A stretch of DNA of 54,183 bases from an uncultured Clostridia bacterium (GTDB lineage: Bacteria > Bacillota > Clostridia > Christensenellales > CAG-138), in assembly GCA_947166925.1 (NCBI GenBank), contig CAMVGD010000006.1, positions 1 to 54,183 of the forward strand. Reading direction: 5' to 3'. Shown here piece by piece: positions 36,297 through 45,928 of the stretch. Every line of letters begins with the position of its first letter. Position 1 is the first letter of the stretch. The notes beneath the pieces were generated by a model. It made no database searches. It had not been told where the DNA came from and saw only the letters and a program-made list of their open reading frames with translations. The position numbers and the translations under genes were made by a program.

Positions 36297-36640
36297 GAAT
36301 GTAGTCCAACCCGCAGGGGAGGGTATCACCCTCCCGTTCCGCTGACATATTTTTTCGGCGGGCTGCCGAGGACGTCAGCCCCTACGGTCCGTCGGTGTAA
36401 TCCTGCCCTCCTTGTGCAAAGGAGGGTGGATGCCGAAGGCAGACGGGAGGATTGTCTCCAAAACCGTGCGAAACCTGACGGACGGGCAATGCCCGTCCCT
36501 ACGGGTGATCGGTATTCGCGGGGAAGATCCCGTCTTCCCGTTCCGCTGACTACATTTGCGACATTTGCGACACTGCTGCACACAGGGGGTGAATGTAGTC
36601 CAACCCGCAGGGGAGGGTATCACCCTCCCGTTCCGCTGAC
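36252..36640. repeat. Perfect 95-bp direct repeat (36252-36346, 36546-36640) interleaved with REP-like palindromes
   Basis: Identical CTGACTACATTTGCG...CCGTTCCGCTGAC copies. Confidence 0.9.
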
Positions 36641-36845
36641 GTGTTTTTACGGCGGGGCATCGGGGATCGTCGCCCCCTACAAAAGCAAAAGAGCGCCGGT
36701 CGGCGCTCTTTGTTGCTTTGCTTATGCTTCTCCTCCCTCCCGGCGGCTGTTCAGACGGATGGCGGAAGCCGCGTTCTTCGCTCCGAAGCTGTACTGAAGT
36801 ACTGCGAGAGGGCGAAAACGCGGCTAATCTGCGGCGAACAAATAA

Positions 36846-36868
36846 AAGAAAGGGCGCAGCCCTTTCTT
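36846..36868 (-). terminator. Terminator after ygeW
   Basis: AAGAAAGGGC-gca-GCCCTTTCTT with a T-run on the minus strand. Confidence 0.55.
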
Positions 36869-36916
36869 CTTGTAAGGTTCATTGTTGTCCATCGCCGCAG
36901 ATGGTCCGGCGCCGTA

Positions 36917-38137
36917 TCAGCAGCCGCCCTCCCAGCGCTTCTTCGCGTCGGCTTCAAGCTTCAGAAGCGTTGCCTGCGGATTTTTGACCTTCGCAAGGAA
37001 GATCATCGCCGCGATGATGTAGGGCTTGAAGGACGCCTGCTTGTAGAGAGGATCGCGATAGCGGTCGAATACGGACGCCGCGACCTCGCCCGCTTCGCAG
37101 GAAACGTCGGTGATGTCCGCGGGCAGGCAGTGGAGATACAGCGCTTTGCCGTCCTTGGTGAGCTGCATCATTTCCTCGGTGCACTCCCAGTCCTTGTGTT
37201 CCGCGTTCTGTGCAAGGAGGCGCTTTTCGAGCGCCTTGATGCCCTCTAAATCGCCGTTGCCGTAGAGCTCGGTGCGCTCCTCCATCGCTTTATAGGGCGC
37301 CCAGGACTTCGGATAGACGATGTCGGCGTCCTGGAACGCTTCCTTCATGTCGTGCGTGATCTTAAACGAAGCGCCGGACTTTTTGCAGTTCTCCTCCGCG
37401 ACCTTCACGACGTCGTCCATGATCTCGTAGCCCTCGGGATACGCGAGCGTGACGTCCATGCCGAACCGCGTGAACAGCCCCGCAACGCCCTGCGGGACAC
37501 TCAAAGGCTTGCCGTACGACGGGCTGTACGCCCAGGTCATGGCGACCTTCTTGCCCTTGAGGTTTTTGATCGCCTCGTCGAGATCGTCGGATCCGCCGAG
37601 GGTGTGGATGACGTGCAGCATGTCCGCCATGCACTGCGTCGGGTGGTCGATGTCGCACTGGAGGTTGACGAGCGTCGGCTTCTGCTCGAGCACGCCCGCC
37701 TTGTTGCCTTCGGTGACGGCGTTGACGACGTTGTGCATGTAGGTGTTGCCCTTGCCGATGTACATGTCGTCGCGGATGCCGATGACGTCCGCCATGAACG
37801 AGATCATATTCGCGGTCTCGCGGACCGTTTCGCCGTGCGCGATCTGGCTCTTGCCCTCGTCAAGGTCCTGCACCTCGAGGCCGAGGAGGTTGCAAGCCGA
37901 CGCGAAACTGAAGCGCGTGCGGGTCGAGTTGTCGCGGAACAGCGAAATGCCGAGTCCGGAATCGAAGATCTTCGTGGAGATGTTGTTCTCACGCAGATGC
38001 CGCAGCGCGTCCGCCACGGTGAACACCGCCGCGATCTCGTCGTCGGTCTTTTCCCAGGTCAGGAAAAAGTCGCCGTTGTACATGTTGTCGAACTTCAGCT
38101 CGTTCAGCTTATCGGTATACTTTTTGACGTTGCTCAT
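36917..38137 (-). CDS. ygeW: Knotted carbamoyltransferase YgeW
   Basis: FRDNSTRTRFSF, QCDIDHPTQ, WAYSPSYGKPLSVPQG, HCLPADI; ATG 38137 after GAGGA. Confidence 0.92.
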   Translation of the reverse strand: MSNVKKYTDKLNELKFDNMYNGDFFLTWEKTDDEIAAVFTVADALRHLRENNISTKIFDSGLGISLFRDNSTRTRFSFASACNLLGLEVQDLDEGKSQIAHGETVRETANMISFMADVIGIRDDMYIGKGNTYMHNVVNAVTEGNKAGVLEQKPTLVNLQCDIDHPTQCMADMLHVIHTLGGSDDLDEAIKNLKGKKVAMTWAYSPSYGKPLSVPQGVAGLFTRFGMDVTLAYPEGYEIMDDVVKVAEENCKKSGASFKITHDMKEAFQDADIVYPKSWAPYKAMEERTELYGNGDLEGIKALEKRLLAQNAEHKDWECTEEMMQLTKDGKALYLHCLPADITDVSCEAGEVAASVFDRYRDPLYKQASFKPYIIAAMIFLAKVKNPQATLLKLEADAKKRWEGGC

Positions 38138-38147
38138 ACAATCCTCC

Positions 38148-39524
38148 TCAGTCGTTTGCAAACTTGGTATCGGTCCTGCCCGCGCGGTATTCGGTCACAT
38201 CGTCCGTGCGGTTTTCCGGCTTATAGCACATCGGGACCGCGGCGTACAGCGCCGCGCAGGTCACGAGGTCCTGCTTCCATGTGATCTCGTTCGGCGCGTG
38301 CGCCTGCGATTCCGCGCCCGGACCGAAGCCCACGCACGGGATGCCGTAGCGTCCCTGGATACTGACGCCGTTTGTCGAGAACGTCCACTTGTCGATCAGC
38401 GGACGGTCGCGCTTATCCATTGCGGAGGGGTGCCCGATGCGCTTGTCGCCGAACAGCGCCTTATGCGCGTCGACCAGCGCCTGTACGTGCGCCGCGCTCT
38501 CTTTGTTGATCCAGGTCGGGAAGTAGCATTCGGTCTCGTACTTCAAGCCGGTCCACGCCGGACGGTCGTACAGGTACATCGAGACCTTGACGTCGTCGCC
38601 GTACTTTTTGCACGACGGGAGATTGCGGATCTCGTCGAGGCAGGAATCCCACGTTTCGCCCGCGGTCATGCGGCGGTCGAGCGAGACCGCGCAGGAGTCC
38701 GCCACCGCGCAGCGCGACGGCGAGGTGTAGAAGATCTGCGAGCAGGTGATCGTGCCGCGGCCCAAAAAGCGCGCGTCCTCCCAGTGCTCGGGGTTGTATT
38801 TCGGATCGAGCATCTTCACAAGGCCCTTGATCTCGTCGGCGTCCGTTGCCGTGTTCTCATTCAGCGCGCGGACCTCGCGAAGGATGTCCGCCATCTTGTA
38901 GATCGCGTTATCGCCGCGTTCCGGCGCGGAGCCGTGGCACGAGACGCCCTTGACGTCCACGCGGATCTCCATTCTGCCGCGGTGCCCGCGATAAATGCCG
39001 CCGTCGGTCGGCTCGGTGGAAACGACGAACTCGGGCGTGATCCCGTCCTCCTTATGGATGTACTGCCAGCACAGACCGTCGCAGTCCTCCTCCTGCACGG
39101 AGGCGACGACGAGGATCTTCGTATCCGCCGGGATGAGGTTCAGGTCCTTCATGATCTTTGCGCCGTATACCGCCGAGACTACGCCGCCCTCCTGATCGGA
39201 GCCGCCGCGGCCGTAGATGATATCGTCGGTCTCGTAGCCCTTGTAGGGATCGTGCTCCCAGTTTGCGATGTTGCCGATCCCGACGGTGTCGATGTGCCCG
39301 TCGAACGCGATGATGCGGCTGCCTTCGCCCATCCAGCCAAGCGCGTTGCCCTCCGGATCGATCTCCGCCTTGTCAAAGCCGAGCGCTTCCATTTCGGCGA
39401 TCGTGCGCCGGATGACGCCCTCCTCCTCGCAGCTTTCGCTGGGGATCGCGATGAGATCGCGGAGGAATTTGGTCATTTGCGGCAGATAGTTCTGCGCCGC
39501 CCGTTTGATTGCTTCAAAATCCAT
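38148..39524 (-). CDS. ygeY: YgeY family M20 metallohydrolase
   Basis: [49 protein letters not shown]. Confidence 0.9.
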   Translation of the reverse strand: MDFEAIKRAAQNYLPQMTKFLRDLIAIPSESCEEEGVIRRTIAEMEALGFDKAEIDPEGNALGWMGEGSRIIAFDGHIDTVGIGNIANWEHDPYKGYETDDIIYGRGGSDQEGGVVSAVYGAKIMKDLNLIPADTKILVVASVQEEDCDGLCWQYIHKEDGITPEFVVSTEPTDGGIYRGHRGRMEIRVDVKGVSCHGSAPERGDNAIYKMADILREVRALNENTATDADEIKGLVKMLDPKYNPEHWEDARFLGRGTITCSQIFYTSPSRCAVADSCAVSLDRRMTAGETWDSCLDEIRNLPSCKKYGDDVKVSMYLYDRPAWTGLKYETECYFPTWINKESAAHVQALVDAHKALFGDKRIGHPSAMDKRDRPLIDKWTFSTNGVSIQGRYGIPCVGFGPGAESQAHAPNEITWKQDLVTCAALYAAVPMCYKPENRTDDVTEYRAGRTDTKFAND

Positions 39525-39539
39525 ACGAGTGTCCTTTCT

Positions 39540-40181
39540 TCAATCCTGAATGGAATCTTTTGCGTCGATGTAGGAATACAGGGTATATTTGCTGATGCCG
39601 AAGTACTTCGACACCTTGTCTCCGCTTCGCGTGATCAGGAACGCGCCCGCCTTGTTGAGGAACGCGATCGCTTTGATCTTGTCCTCCTTGTTCATCATGG
39701 CGACGGGCTTGCCGACGAGCTGCACCGACTGTTCGATGAGATCGTCTAAAAGCTCGTTGACCGACAGCGGAATGCGCTCCGGCGTCTTTTTTTCTTCTTC
39801 CCTGTGGTGCAGAAGCGAGCTTACCGCGCGCTCCGCCATCAAAAGCTCGGTCACGTCGTAGTTGATCGAGAAAACGCCTTCCGGCACGCCGTTTTCGTCG
39901 CGGATGTAGATGGTGGCGCATTTCAGGATGCGCCCGTCGTGCGTGCGCATCAGATACCCTGCAGAATCTTTGAGCGCCTTCGGATCCTCCGATTTCAGCG
40001 CTTCGAGCACGACCCGGCTCGGACCGTCGCCCTGCTTTCTGTGCGTGACGTGTCCGTTTTCGATCAGCGCGATCGTATGCTCCAGATCGCCGCTTTTCAG
40101 ATCGTGCACCGCTACCTCGCAGTTGTCTCCGAACTGCACCGCAATCGCTTTTGAGAGCCGTTCAAAAAAGCTGAGATCCAT
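39540..40181 (-). CDS. YheO-like PAS + HTH transcriptional regulator
   Basis: FGDNCEVAVHDL, IENGHVT, GAFLIT...FGISKYTLYSY. Confidence 0.88.
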   Translation of the reverse strand: MDLSFFERLSKAIAVQFGDNCEVAVHDLKSGDLEHTIALIENGHVTHRKQGDGPSRVVLEALKSEDPKALKDSAGYLMRTHDGRILKCATIYIRDENGVPEGVFSINYDVTELLMAERAVSSLLHHREEEKKTPERIPLSVNELLDDLIEQSVQLVGKPVAMMNKEDKIKAIAFLNKAGAFLITRSGDKVSKYFGISKYTLYSYIDAKDSIQD

Positions 40182-40303
40182 CCGTTGCCCCCCATTCCCA
40201 TATTCGCTTAAATATCAGTATAAACGATTTTCCCACGCCGCACAAGAGGAAATCAAACTTTGATTTTGATTTGCAAAAAGATTTTCCGCGCTGCGGTTTT
40301 TGC

Positions 40304-40332
40304 TTGCAATGCGGTGCGGAATGCGGTACAAT
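40304..40332 (+). promoter_or_regulatory. SigA promoter
   Basis: TTGCAA-N17-TACAAT. Confidence 0.6.
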
Positions 40333-40361
40333 GATTTGTAACAAATGAAAGGAGAACCGCT

Positions 40362-40676
40362 ATGGAAGACGAAAGAGATCTTGTCACCTTTACCGATGAG
40401 GAAGGCAACGAGTTTGACCTTGAGGTCATTGATTATTTTGAGCACGAAGGCAAGGAATATGCCGTGCTGGTAGACGCCGAGCTGCCCGAGGAGCCCGAGG
40501 AGGACTTTGAGGTCTGCATCATGGAGATCGTCGTCAACGAGGAGGAGGACATGGAAGAATTCGTGCCCGTCCCCGACGACAAGCTCGACACGCTGTTCGC
40601 AATCGCGGAAAAGCGCATGGAGTGCTGGGACTGCGAAAAAGAGACCTGCGACGGCTGCGAAAACGCCGACGAGTAA
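40362..40676 (+). CDS. DUF1292-like acidic protein
   Basis: TFTDEEGNEFDLEVIDYFEHEGKEYAVL. Confidence 0.85.
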   Translation: MEDERDLVTFTDEEGNEFDLEVIDYFEHEGKEYAVLVDAELPEEPEEDFEVCIMEIVVNEEEDMEEFVPVPDDKLDTLFAIAEKRMECWDCEKETCDGCENADE

Positions 40677-40686
40677 TTCAAAATGC

Positions 40687-40715
40687 AAAGGAGCTTCCCG
40701 AGGGAAGCTCTTTTT
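40687..40715 (+). terminator. Intrinsic terminator
   Basis: GAGCTTCCC-ga-GGGAAGCTC followed by TTTTT. Confidence 0.7.
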
Positions 40716-40722
40716 GTTGTTC

Positions 40723-40791
40723 GGACGGGCAATGCCCGTCCCTACAGGGTCGATCCCATCCGGAAACTGTAGGGACGACCATCGGTCGTCC
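40723..40791. repeat. Pair of GTAG-type REP palindromes
   Basis: GGACGGGCAATGCCCGTCCCTAC (identical to 36480-36502) and GTAGGGACGACCATCGGTCGTCC. Confidence 0.7.
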
Positions 40792-40800
40792 GCCGTTTTT

Positions 40801-41286
40801 TTACGGATTGCTGAGGCTCTCGCAAAGCGCTTCAAAAGCAAGACGCGTCTCGTAGGACACGAAGGAAAACTCCTGAATGTCGCCCTTGTCGCCGGTCCAA
40901 TAGAGATAGAGCCACGGACCGGAATCGCCGTCTTCGAGGTGCTCCTGCCGCGCGATCACCCTGCCGCCCGCGAGAAGCACGAGCAAATCGGACCACTGAT
41001 CGCCCGAAAGCTCGACGGTGCCGGTTTGCGTCGCGTCCGCTTCGGTCAGCGGCAGATGATCGCCCTCGCGCGTTTCATGAAAGAATTTGTATGCGCCGTC
41101 CTCCTTATAAAAGCGATAGCGCTGATAGTGCGGCGGAAAGGTCGAGGTCGAAACGGTATAGTAAAACTCCGTCACGTCCTCCGGCGCGATATCAACGCCC
41201 ACGACATATACGCCGTTTTTCGGTCGATTGCAGCCGAGGATCGGCAAAAGTGCAAGACACAGAACGATGATCGCGATCTTTTTCAT
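40801..41286 (-). CDS. Hypothetical lipoprotein
   Basis: Lipobox ILGC; AAGGAG RBS. Confidence 0.7.
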   Translation of the reverse strand: MKKIAIIVLCLALLPILGCNRPKNGVYVVGVDIAPEDVTEFYYTVSTSTFPPHYQRYRFYKEDGAYKFFHETREGDHLPLTEADATQTGTVELSGDQWSDLLVLLAGGRVIARQEHLEDGDSGPWLYLYWTGDKGDIQEFSFVSYETRLAFEALCESLSNP

Positions 41287-41298
41287 GGCTGAACTCCT

Positions 41299-41511
41299 TT
41301 ACTCGTCAAAATAAAACAGGTCCTCAAACTTTCTGTCCAGCGCGATGCACAGGATCAAAGCGAGCTTTGCCGTCGGATTGAATTGCCCCGTCTCGATCGA
41401 GCTGATCGTATTGCGCGAAACGCCGACCGTCTCCGCAAGCTGTCCCTGGCTCATCCCCGCCTGCGTGCGCGCCTCTTTGAGGCGGTTTTTCAGGATCAAT
41501 GCGTCGTTCAT
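41299..41511 (-). CDS. XRE-family HTH regulator
   Basis: LKNRLKEAR...SQGQLAETVGVSRNTISSIETGQFNPT; ATGA overlap with the upstream gene. Confidence 0.9.
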   Translation of the reverse strand: MNDALILKNRLKEARTQAGMSQGQLAETVGVSRNTISSIETGQFNPTAKLALILCIALDRKFEDLFYFDE

Positions 41512-41867
41512 GCAAGTACTCCCGTCATCGTCAGTGCAACCCATACCGTTCCCGCAAGCGAAATCGTCAGAAGCACGATCGCAAGAATCAATTCATGTTT
41601 CTTTTTCAGCTTGATATATTTGTATAGGAACAGCGATCCCAGCATCGACAGATAGATTGCCCAAAGAAGGGTGTTCAGTTTCGGGTCAAACCGTGTACCG
41701 CCCTGATCCACCATTTCCAGTATGCTGTTAAACAAGGCGATCAGCATGCACATGACGCCGCCCACCGTAAACGCGATCTGTCCGGCTTTGATCAAAACCT
41801 GCTTTTCCCGCTCGTCCTGTCCTTTGTTTTCCGCCCTGCTCTTTGCAAGGATCTCCTCTTTGTTCAT
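41508..41867 (-). CDS. DUF6442-like membrane protein
   Basis: MNKEEILAKSRAENKGQDERE plus three TM helices. Confidence 0.75.
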   Translation of the reverse strand: MNKEEILAKSRAENKGQDEREKQVLIKAGQIAFTVGGVMCMLIALFNSILEMVDQGGTRFDPKLNTLLWAIYLSMLGSLFLYKYIKLKKKHELILAIVLLTISLAGTVWVALTMTGVLA

Positions 41868-41880
41868 TTCCTGTTCCTCC

Positions 41881-41954
41881 TGCCAAGTTTTATTGGCATT
41901 ATGATACTACTGCCAAGTTTACTTGTCAATAGGTTTTGCAAAGTTTTCTTGGCA
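41881..41954. promoter_or_regulatory. Three palindromic operators overlapping a SigA promoter
   Basis: TGCCAAG-N4-CTTGGCA variants at 41881, 41911, 41937; minus strand TTGACA-N17-TATCAT. Confidence 0.75.
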
Positions 41955-42058
41955 GTTTGACAGAGTACAAAAAACGGAGGCCGAAGCCTCCGTCTGAAAT
42001 GACGATATGCTTGCCTCCCCTGAGCAAGGGGGCCGCGATCCGAGCGCCCGCTGTGCGG

Positions 42059-42168
42059 ACAATCCCCCAGTCACCTATCGGTGACAGCCCCCTTTACACA
42101 AGGGGGCCACCCAAAAGCCCTCCCTGTGTAAGGGAGGGTGGATGCCGCAGGCAGACGGGAGGGTTGTA
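42059..42168. repeat. Paired palindromic repeats, related to 36406-36455 and 28982-29130
   Basis: CCCTCCCTGTGTAAGGGAGGGTGGATGCCGCAGGCAGACGGGAGGG and an inverted partner. Confidence 0.7.
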
Positions 42169-42173
42169 CCCCC

Positions 42174-43358
42174 TTACAGACCCGCTTCGATCAGCGCCTT
42201 GAACGCCGGCAGCGAGCGCAGGATCATCTCGTGGCTGACGCAGGTGGAAAGCCGGAGGTATCCCGGGCAGCCGAACGGCTCGCACGGCGGGACGAGGATG
42301 TTGAACTCCTTTGCGCGCTCGGAAAACTCCGCCGCGGTGCCGAACGGCGCTTTGATGAGCATATAGAACGCGCCGTGCGGATAGACGCAGGTGTAGCCGT
42401 AGCTCGTCAGCGCCTCATAGAGCGTCTTGCGGTTCTCGTCGTACGCCGCGATGTCCGGCATCATGCCGCAGCACTTCTCGACGATGTACTGCGAGGTGGT
42501 CGGCGCGCAGATGTGACCCAGCGCGCGTGCCGAGCCCGCGACCGCGTTGAACAGATCGACGCTGTCCGCGCAGGCGTCCGGTACGAAGACGTAGCCGATA
42601 CGCTCGCCCGGCAGGCTCAGCGATTTCGACCAGGAATAGCAGACGACGGTGTTTTCGTAGATGTTCGGGATGAACGGCGTCTCGTAGCCGTCGAATACCA
42701 GCTCGCGGTACGGCTCGTCGGCGATCAGGTAGATCGGGTGTCCGAACTCTGCGCTCTTTTTGCGAAGCAGCCCGGCGAGCGCTTCCAGCGCTTCTTTTTT
42801 ATAAACGACGCCGGAGGGGTTGTTCGGCGAGTTCACAAGGATCGCCTGCGTGTGTTCGGTAAAGTACGGCTCGATCTCCTCGACGTGCAGGTCAAAGTCC
42901 GCCGTGTTCGCAGGGACGACGACGATCTTGCCGCCGACCGCCTTGATGAACGTCGGATATTCCGGGAAATACGGCGCGAGAACGATGTATTCCGCACCCG
43001 GCACGCACATCGCCTTCAGCGTGCTCATCAGAGCGGGCGCAGCGCCGCAGGTGAAGAACAGGTTCTGCGGTCTTGCCTTTGCGTCGAACCGCTCGTTCAG
43101 GTTCTTCGCGACGGCTTCGCGCACGCTCATTGCGCCGGTCGCGGACGTGTAGCCGTGGACCTTGACGGTGTCCTTGCGCGCGGCGATCTCCTTGTACGCG
43201 TCCTGCACCGCTTCGGGCGCGGGCACGGACGGATTGCCGATCGAGAAATCAAAGACGTTCTCCGCGCCGATCTCCGCCTTTTTGCGGAGTCCGTACTCAA
43301 AGAGCTCGCGGATGCCCGAGCGCTTTGCGCCGAGCTGTACCATTTCGTTTACCAGCAT
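42174..43358 (-). CDS. PLP-dependent class I/II aminotransferase
   Basis: DFSIGNP, NSPNNPSG, DEPYREL, SWSKSLSLPGERIGY. Confidence 0.92.
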   Translation of the reverse strand: MLVNEMVQLGAKRSGIRELFEYGLRKKAEIGAENVFDFSIGNPSVPAPEAVQDAYKEIAARKDTVKVHGYTSATGAMSVREAVAKNLNERFDAKARPQNLFFTCGAAPALMSTLKAMCVPGAEYIVLAPYFPEYPTFIKAVGGKIVVVPANTADFDLHVEEIEPYFTEHTQAILVNSPNNPSGVVYKKEALEALAGLLRKKSAEFGHPIYLIADEPYRELVFDGYETPFIPNIYENTVVCYSWSKSLSLPGERIGYVFVPDACADSVDLFNAVAGSARALGHICAPTTSQYIVEKCCGMMPDIAAYDENRKTLYEALTSYGYTCVYPHGAFYMLIKAPFGTAAEFSERAKEFNILVPPCEPFGCPGYLRLSTCVSHEMILRSLPAFKALIEAGL

Positions 43359-43376
43359 ATTGATGATCCTCCTTCT

Positions 43377-44282
43377 TTACCAATCCATGCCGCGGGCGAC
43401 GACCGCGCCGAGCGCCATCGCCGCCAGCTTGACCTCCGCACTGTCCGCGCGGGAAACCAACACGATCGGCACCTTGGCGCCGACGACGATGCCGGCGTTC
43501 ATGGCGCCGCCGAAGATCGACATCGCCTTGCCGATGCCGTTGCCCGTTTCATAGGACGGGACAAGCAGGATGTCCGCCTGCCCCGCGCCCTTGACGTCGT
43601 AATGCTTGTGATGACAGGCTGCCTCCGAAACCGCAAGGTCCAGTCCCACCGGCCCGTACACGTTCATGTTGTACTTTGCCCAGCGCTCCGTCATTTCGGA
43701 GAGCGTCTTGGCGTCAACCGTCGACTGGATCTTCGGGTTCACGACCTCCGCGCCGCAGATGCACGCGGCGTTGATCTCGTCGTATCCGAGCGCTTTGAAT
43801 ACTTTCGCCGCGTTTTCGAGGATCTCGGCTTTCTTTTCGAGGTCCGGGAACGTGTTCATGCCGCCGTCGGTGAGACCCATCATGCGGTGTCCCTTCGGCT
43901 CGTACATCATGACGTGGCTGATGAGCTTGCCGGTCCTGAGTCCCGCTTCGGGCTTCAGCACCGCGCGCATGATGTCCGGCGTATTGAGAAGTCCCTTCAT
44001 GAGGAAGTTCGCCTTCCCCTCGGATACGCATTCGACCGCCTTTGCGGCGCAGTCCGTGTCGGAATCCGCGTGGATGATCTCGTACGCGTCGGGATCCTCG
44101 CCGATCTCTTTAAGGATCGACCGGATCTGCTCCTCGTGACCGACCAGGATCGGCTCTGCGATCCTTCTCTTTTTCGCTTCCGCGACCGCCTTCAGTACGT
44201 CCGCGTCATGCGCGGCGGCGACCGCGATGCGTCCGGAGGCAAAGCCCTCCGCCGCCTTGATGATCTCCTGTATCGTTCTCAT
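43377..44282 (-). CDS. ptb: Phosphate butyryltransferase
   Basis: LMKG, TDGGMNTFPDL, EVVNPK, GPVGLDLAVS, VPIVLVSRADS; ATGA overlap with buk. Confidence 0.88.
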   Translation of the reverse strand: MRTIQEIIKAAEGFASGRIAVAAAHDADVLKAVAEAKKRRIAEPILVGHEEQIRSILKEIGEDPDAYEIIHADSDTDCAAKAVECVSEGKANFLMKGLLNTPDIMRAVLKPEAGLRTGKLISHVMMYEPKGHRMMGLTDGGMNTFPDLEKKAEILENAAKVFKALGYDEINAACICGAEVVNPKIQSTVDAKTLSEMTERWAKYNMNVYGPVGLDLAVSEAACHHKHYDVKGAGQADILLVPSYETGNGIGKAMSIFGGAMNAGIVVGAKVPIVLVSRADSAEVKLAAMALGAVVARGMDW

Positions 44283-45349
44283 TTTCCATCCCCCAGATAC
44301 GTTTTGCATTCCCCGCCGTGCAGCACGCGCAAAGCGCCCTCGGCGAGGCTTTTCATCTCCTCCTCGCCCGGGAAGCGCAGCACCGGCGCAAGCGGCGCAA
44401 GATAAGAATCGAGCTCGTCGCAGAACGGCTTGCTGTACGCCATGCCGCCCGTGTAGATGATCGCGTCGACCTTGAACTTCATGACGGCAGCCAGAGCGCC
44501 CGCGTCCTTACTAAGCTGATACGCCAGCGCCTTGAAGATCAGCGTCGCTTCGGGTTCGTCGCCCGAAAGCGCGCGGCGCTCGATCTCGCGGAAGTCCTTC
44601 GTGCCGAGGTAGGAATAGACGCCCGCCTCGCTGCTGATGAGCTTTTTGATCTCCTGCTTCGATTTGCCCGAGAAGCAAAGGTTCACGACCGCGTTGACCG
44701 GCAGCGCGCCGCCGCGGTCGAGCCCCATCGCGCCGTCGTCCTTCACGTTGAAGTTGTCGACGACCATGCCCTTTTCGTGCGCCGCGACGGAAACGCCGCC
44801 TCCTAAATGCAGCACGATGAGATTCAGCTCCTCATAGGGCTTTCCGAGCTGCTTTGCAGCCTTGCGCGCGACGGATTTCTGGTTCAGCGCATGGAAGAAG
44901 CTTTCGCGCTCCATGCCCTTGAGTCCCGAAACGCGGGCGAGATCGCTCAGCTCGTCGACGCACACGGGATCGACGAAGAACGCCGGAATGCCCAGCGGAT
45001 CCGCGATCTCCCGCGCGATGTACGCGCCGAGGTTCGCCGCATGCTCGCCGTAGAACGGATGCAGGATGTCCGCGATCGCGCGGTCGTTGACGCCGTAGGT
45101 GCCGGACGGGATGTGGCGGAACAGACCGCCTCTGCCGCAGACCGCGTCGAGCGTTTTGAGATCGAAATTCTTCTTTGCGAGCGCGTCGAGGATCAGCTTC
45201 TTGCGGTAGGGCATCTGATCCGCGACTCGTTCAAAGTCCTTCAGTTCTGCGGCGCTGTGGTCGATGGAGACGCGGAATTCTTCGGTTTCTTCCTCGAACA
45301 CCGCGATCTTCGTGGACGTCGCGCCGGGGTTGATGACCAGTACCTTCAT
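44279..45349 (-). CDS. buk: Butyrate kinase
   Basis: INPGATSTKI, GRGG, HAANLG, FHALNQK, HLGGGVSV, PGEEEM. Confidence 0.92.
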   Translation of the reverse strand: MKVLVINPGATSTKIAVFEEETEEFRVSIDHSAAELKDFERVADQMPYRKKLILDALAKKNFDLKTLDAVCGRGGLFRHIPSGTYGVNDRAIADILHPFYGEHAANLGAYIAREIADPLGIPAFFVDPVCVDELSDLARVSGLKGMERESFFHALNQKSVARKAAKQLGKPYEELNLIVLHLGGGVSVAAHEKGMVVDNFNVKDDGAMGLDRGGALPVNAVVNLCFSGKSKQEIKKLISSEAGVYSYLGTKDFREIERRALSGDEPEATLIFKALAYQLSKDAGALAAVMKFKVDAIIYTGGMAYSKPFCDELDSYLAPLAPVLRFPGEEEMKSLAEGALRVLHGGECKTYLGDGK

Positions 45350-45352
45350 GGC

Positions 45353-45925
45353 TTATACCGCGTCGAAGCCGGCGTGATACGCCTTTAGGTTCAGCTCGCG
45401 AAACTTCGCGGGAACGACGTCCGAAATGACCGCGTCCCAGTCGATGTCCGTCATGTTCAGCGCTTTGACCATGCTGCCGAACAGCACGATGTTTGCGCAC
45501 TTGACGTTGCCGAGCTCGGAGGCGATCTTTTCCGCGTTCAGCGGATAGACCTTGAAATGCTTCTGCATTGCCTCGAGGCAGCCCTCGGGGTATTTTTCCA
45601 TGCCCGCCGCAATGGTACTGGACGCCATTTCGTAATCGTTGATGATCGCGACGCCGTCGGGCTTGAGATAATTTGCGTAGCGCACCGCTTCCATCTTCTC
45701 GAACGCGACGATGATGTCCGCAGCGCCCAAACCGATGACCGGAGAATAGACTTTGGTCCCCCAATGCACCTGCGTACTTACGCTGCCGCCGCGCTGGGAC
45801 ATGCCGTGGACCTCGCTCATCTTCACGTCATAGCCTGCGCGCATCAGACCGGTGACAAGGACCTTTGCGGTGAGGATCGCGCCCTGACCGCCGACGCCTA
45901 CCAAAAGAGCACTCTTGTTTTCCAT
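45353..45925 (-). CDS. iorB: Indolepyruvate:ferredoxin oxidoreductase beta subunit
   Basis: GVGGQGAIL, SEVHGMSQRGGSV. Confidence 0.92.
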   Translation of the reverse strand: MENKSALLVGVGGQGAILTAKVLVTGLMRAGYDVKMSEVHGMSQRGGSVSTQVHWGTKVYSPVIGLGAADIIVAFEKMEAVRYANYLKPDGVAIINDYEMASSTIAAGMEKYPEGCLEAMQKHFKVYPLNAEKIASELGNVKCANIVLFGSMVKALNMTDIDWDAVISDVVPAKFRELNLKAYHAGFDAV

Positions 45926-45928
45926 TGC

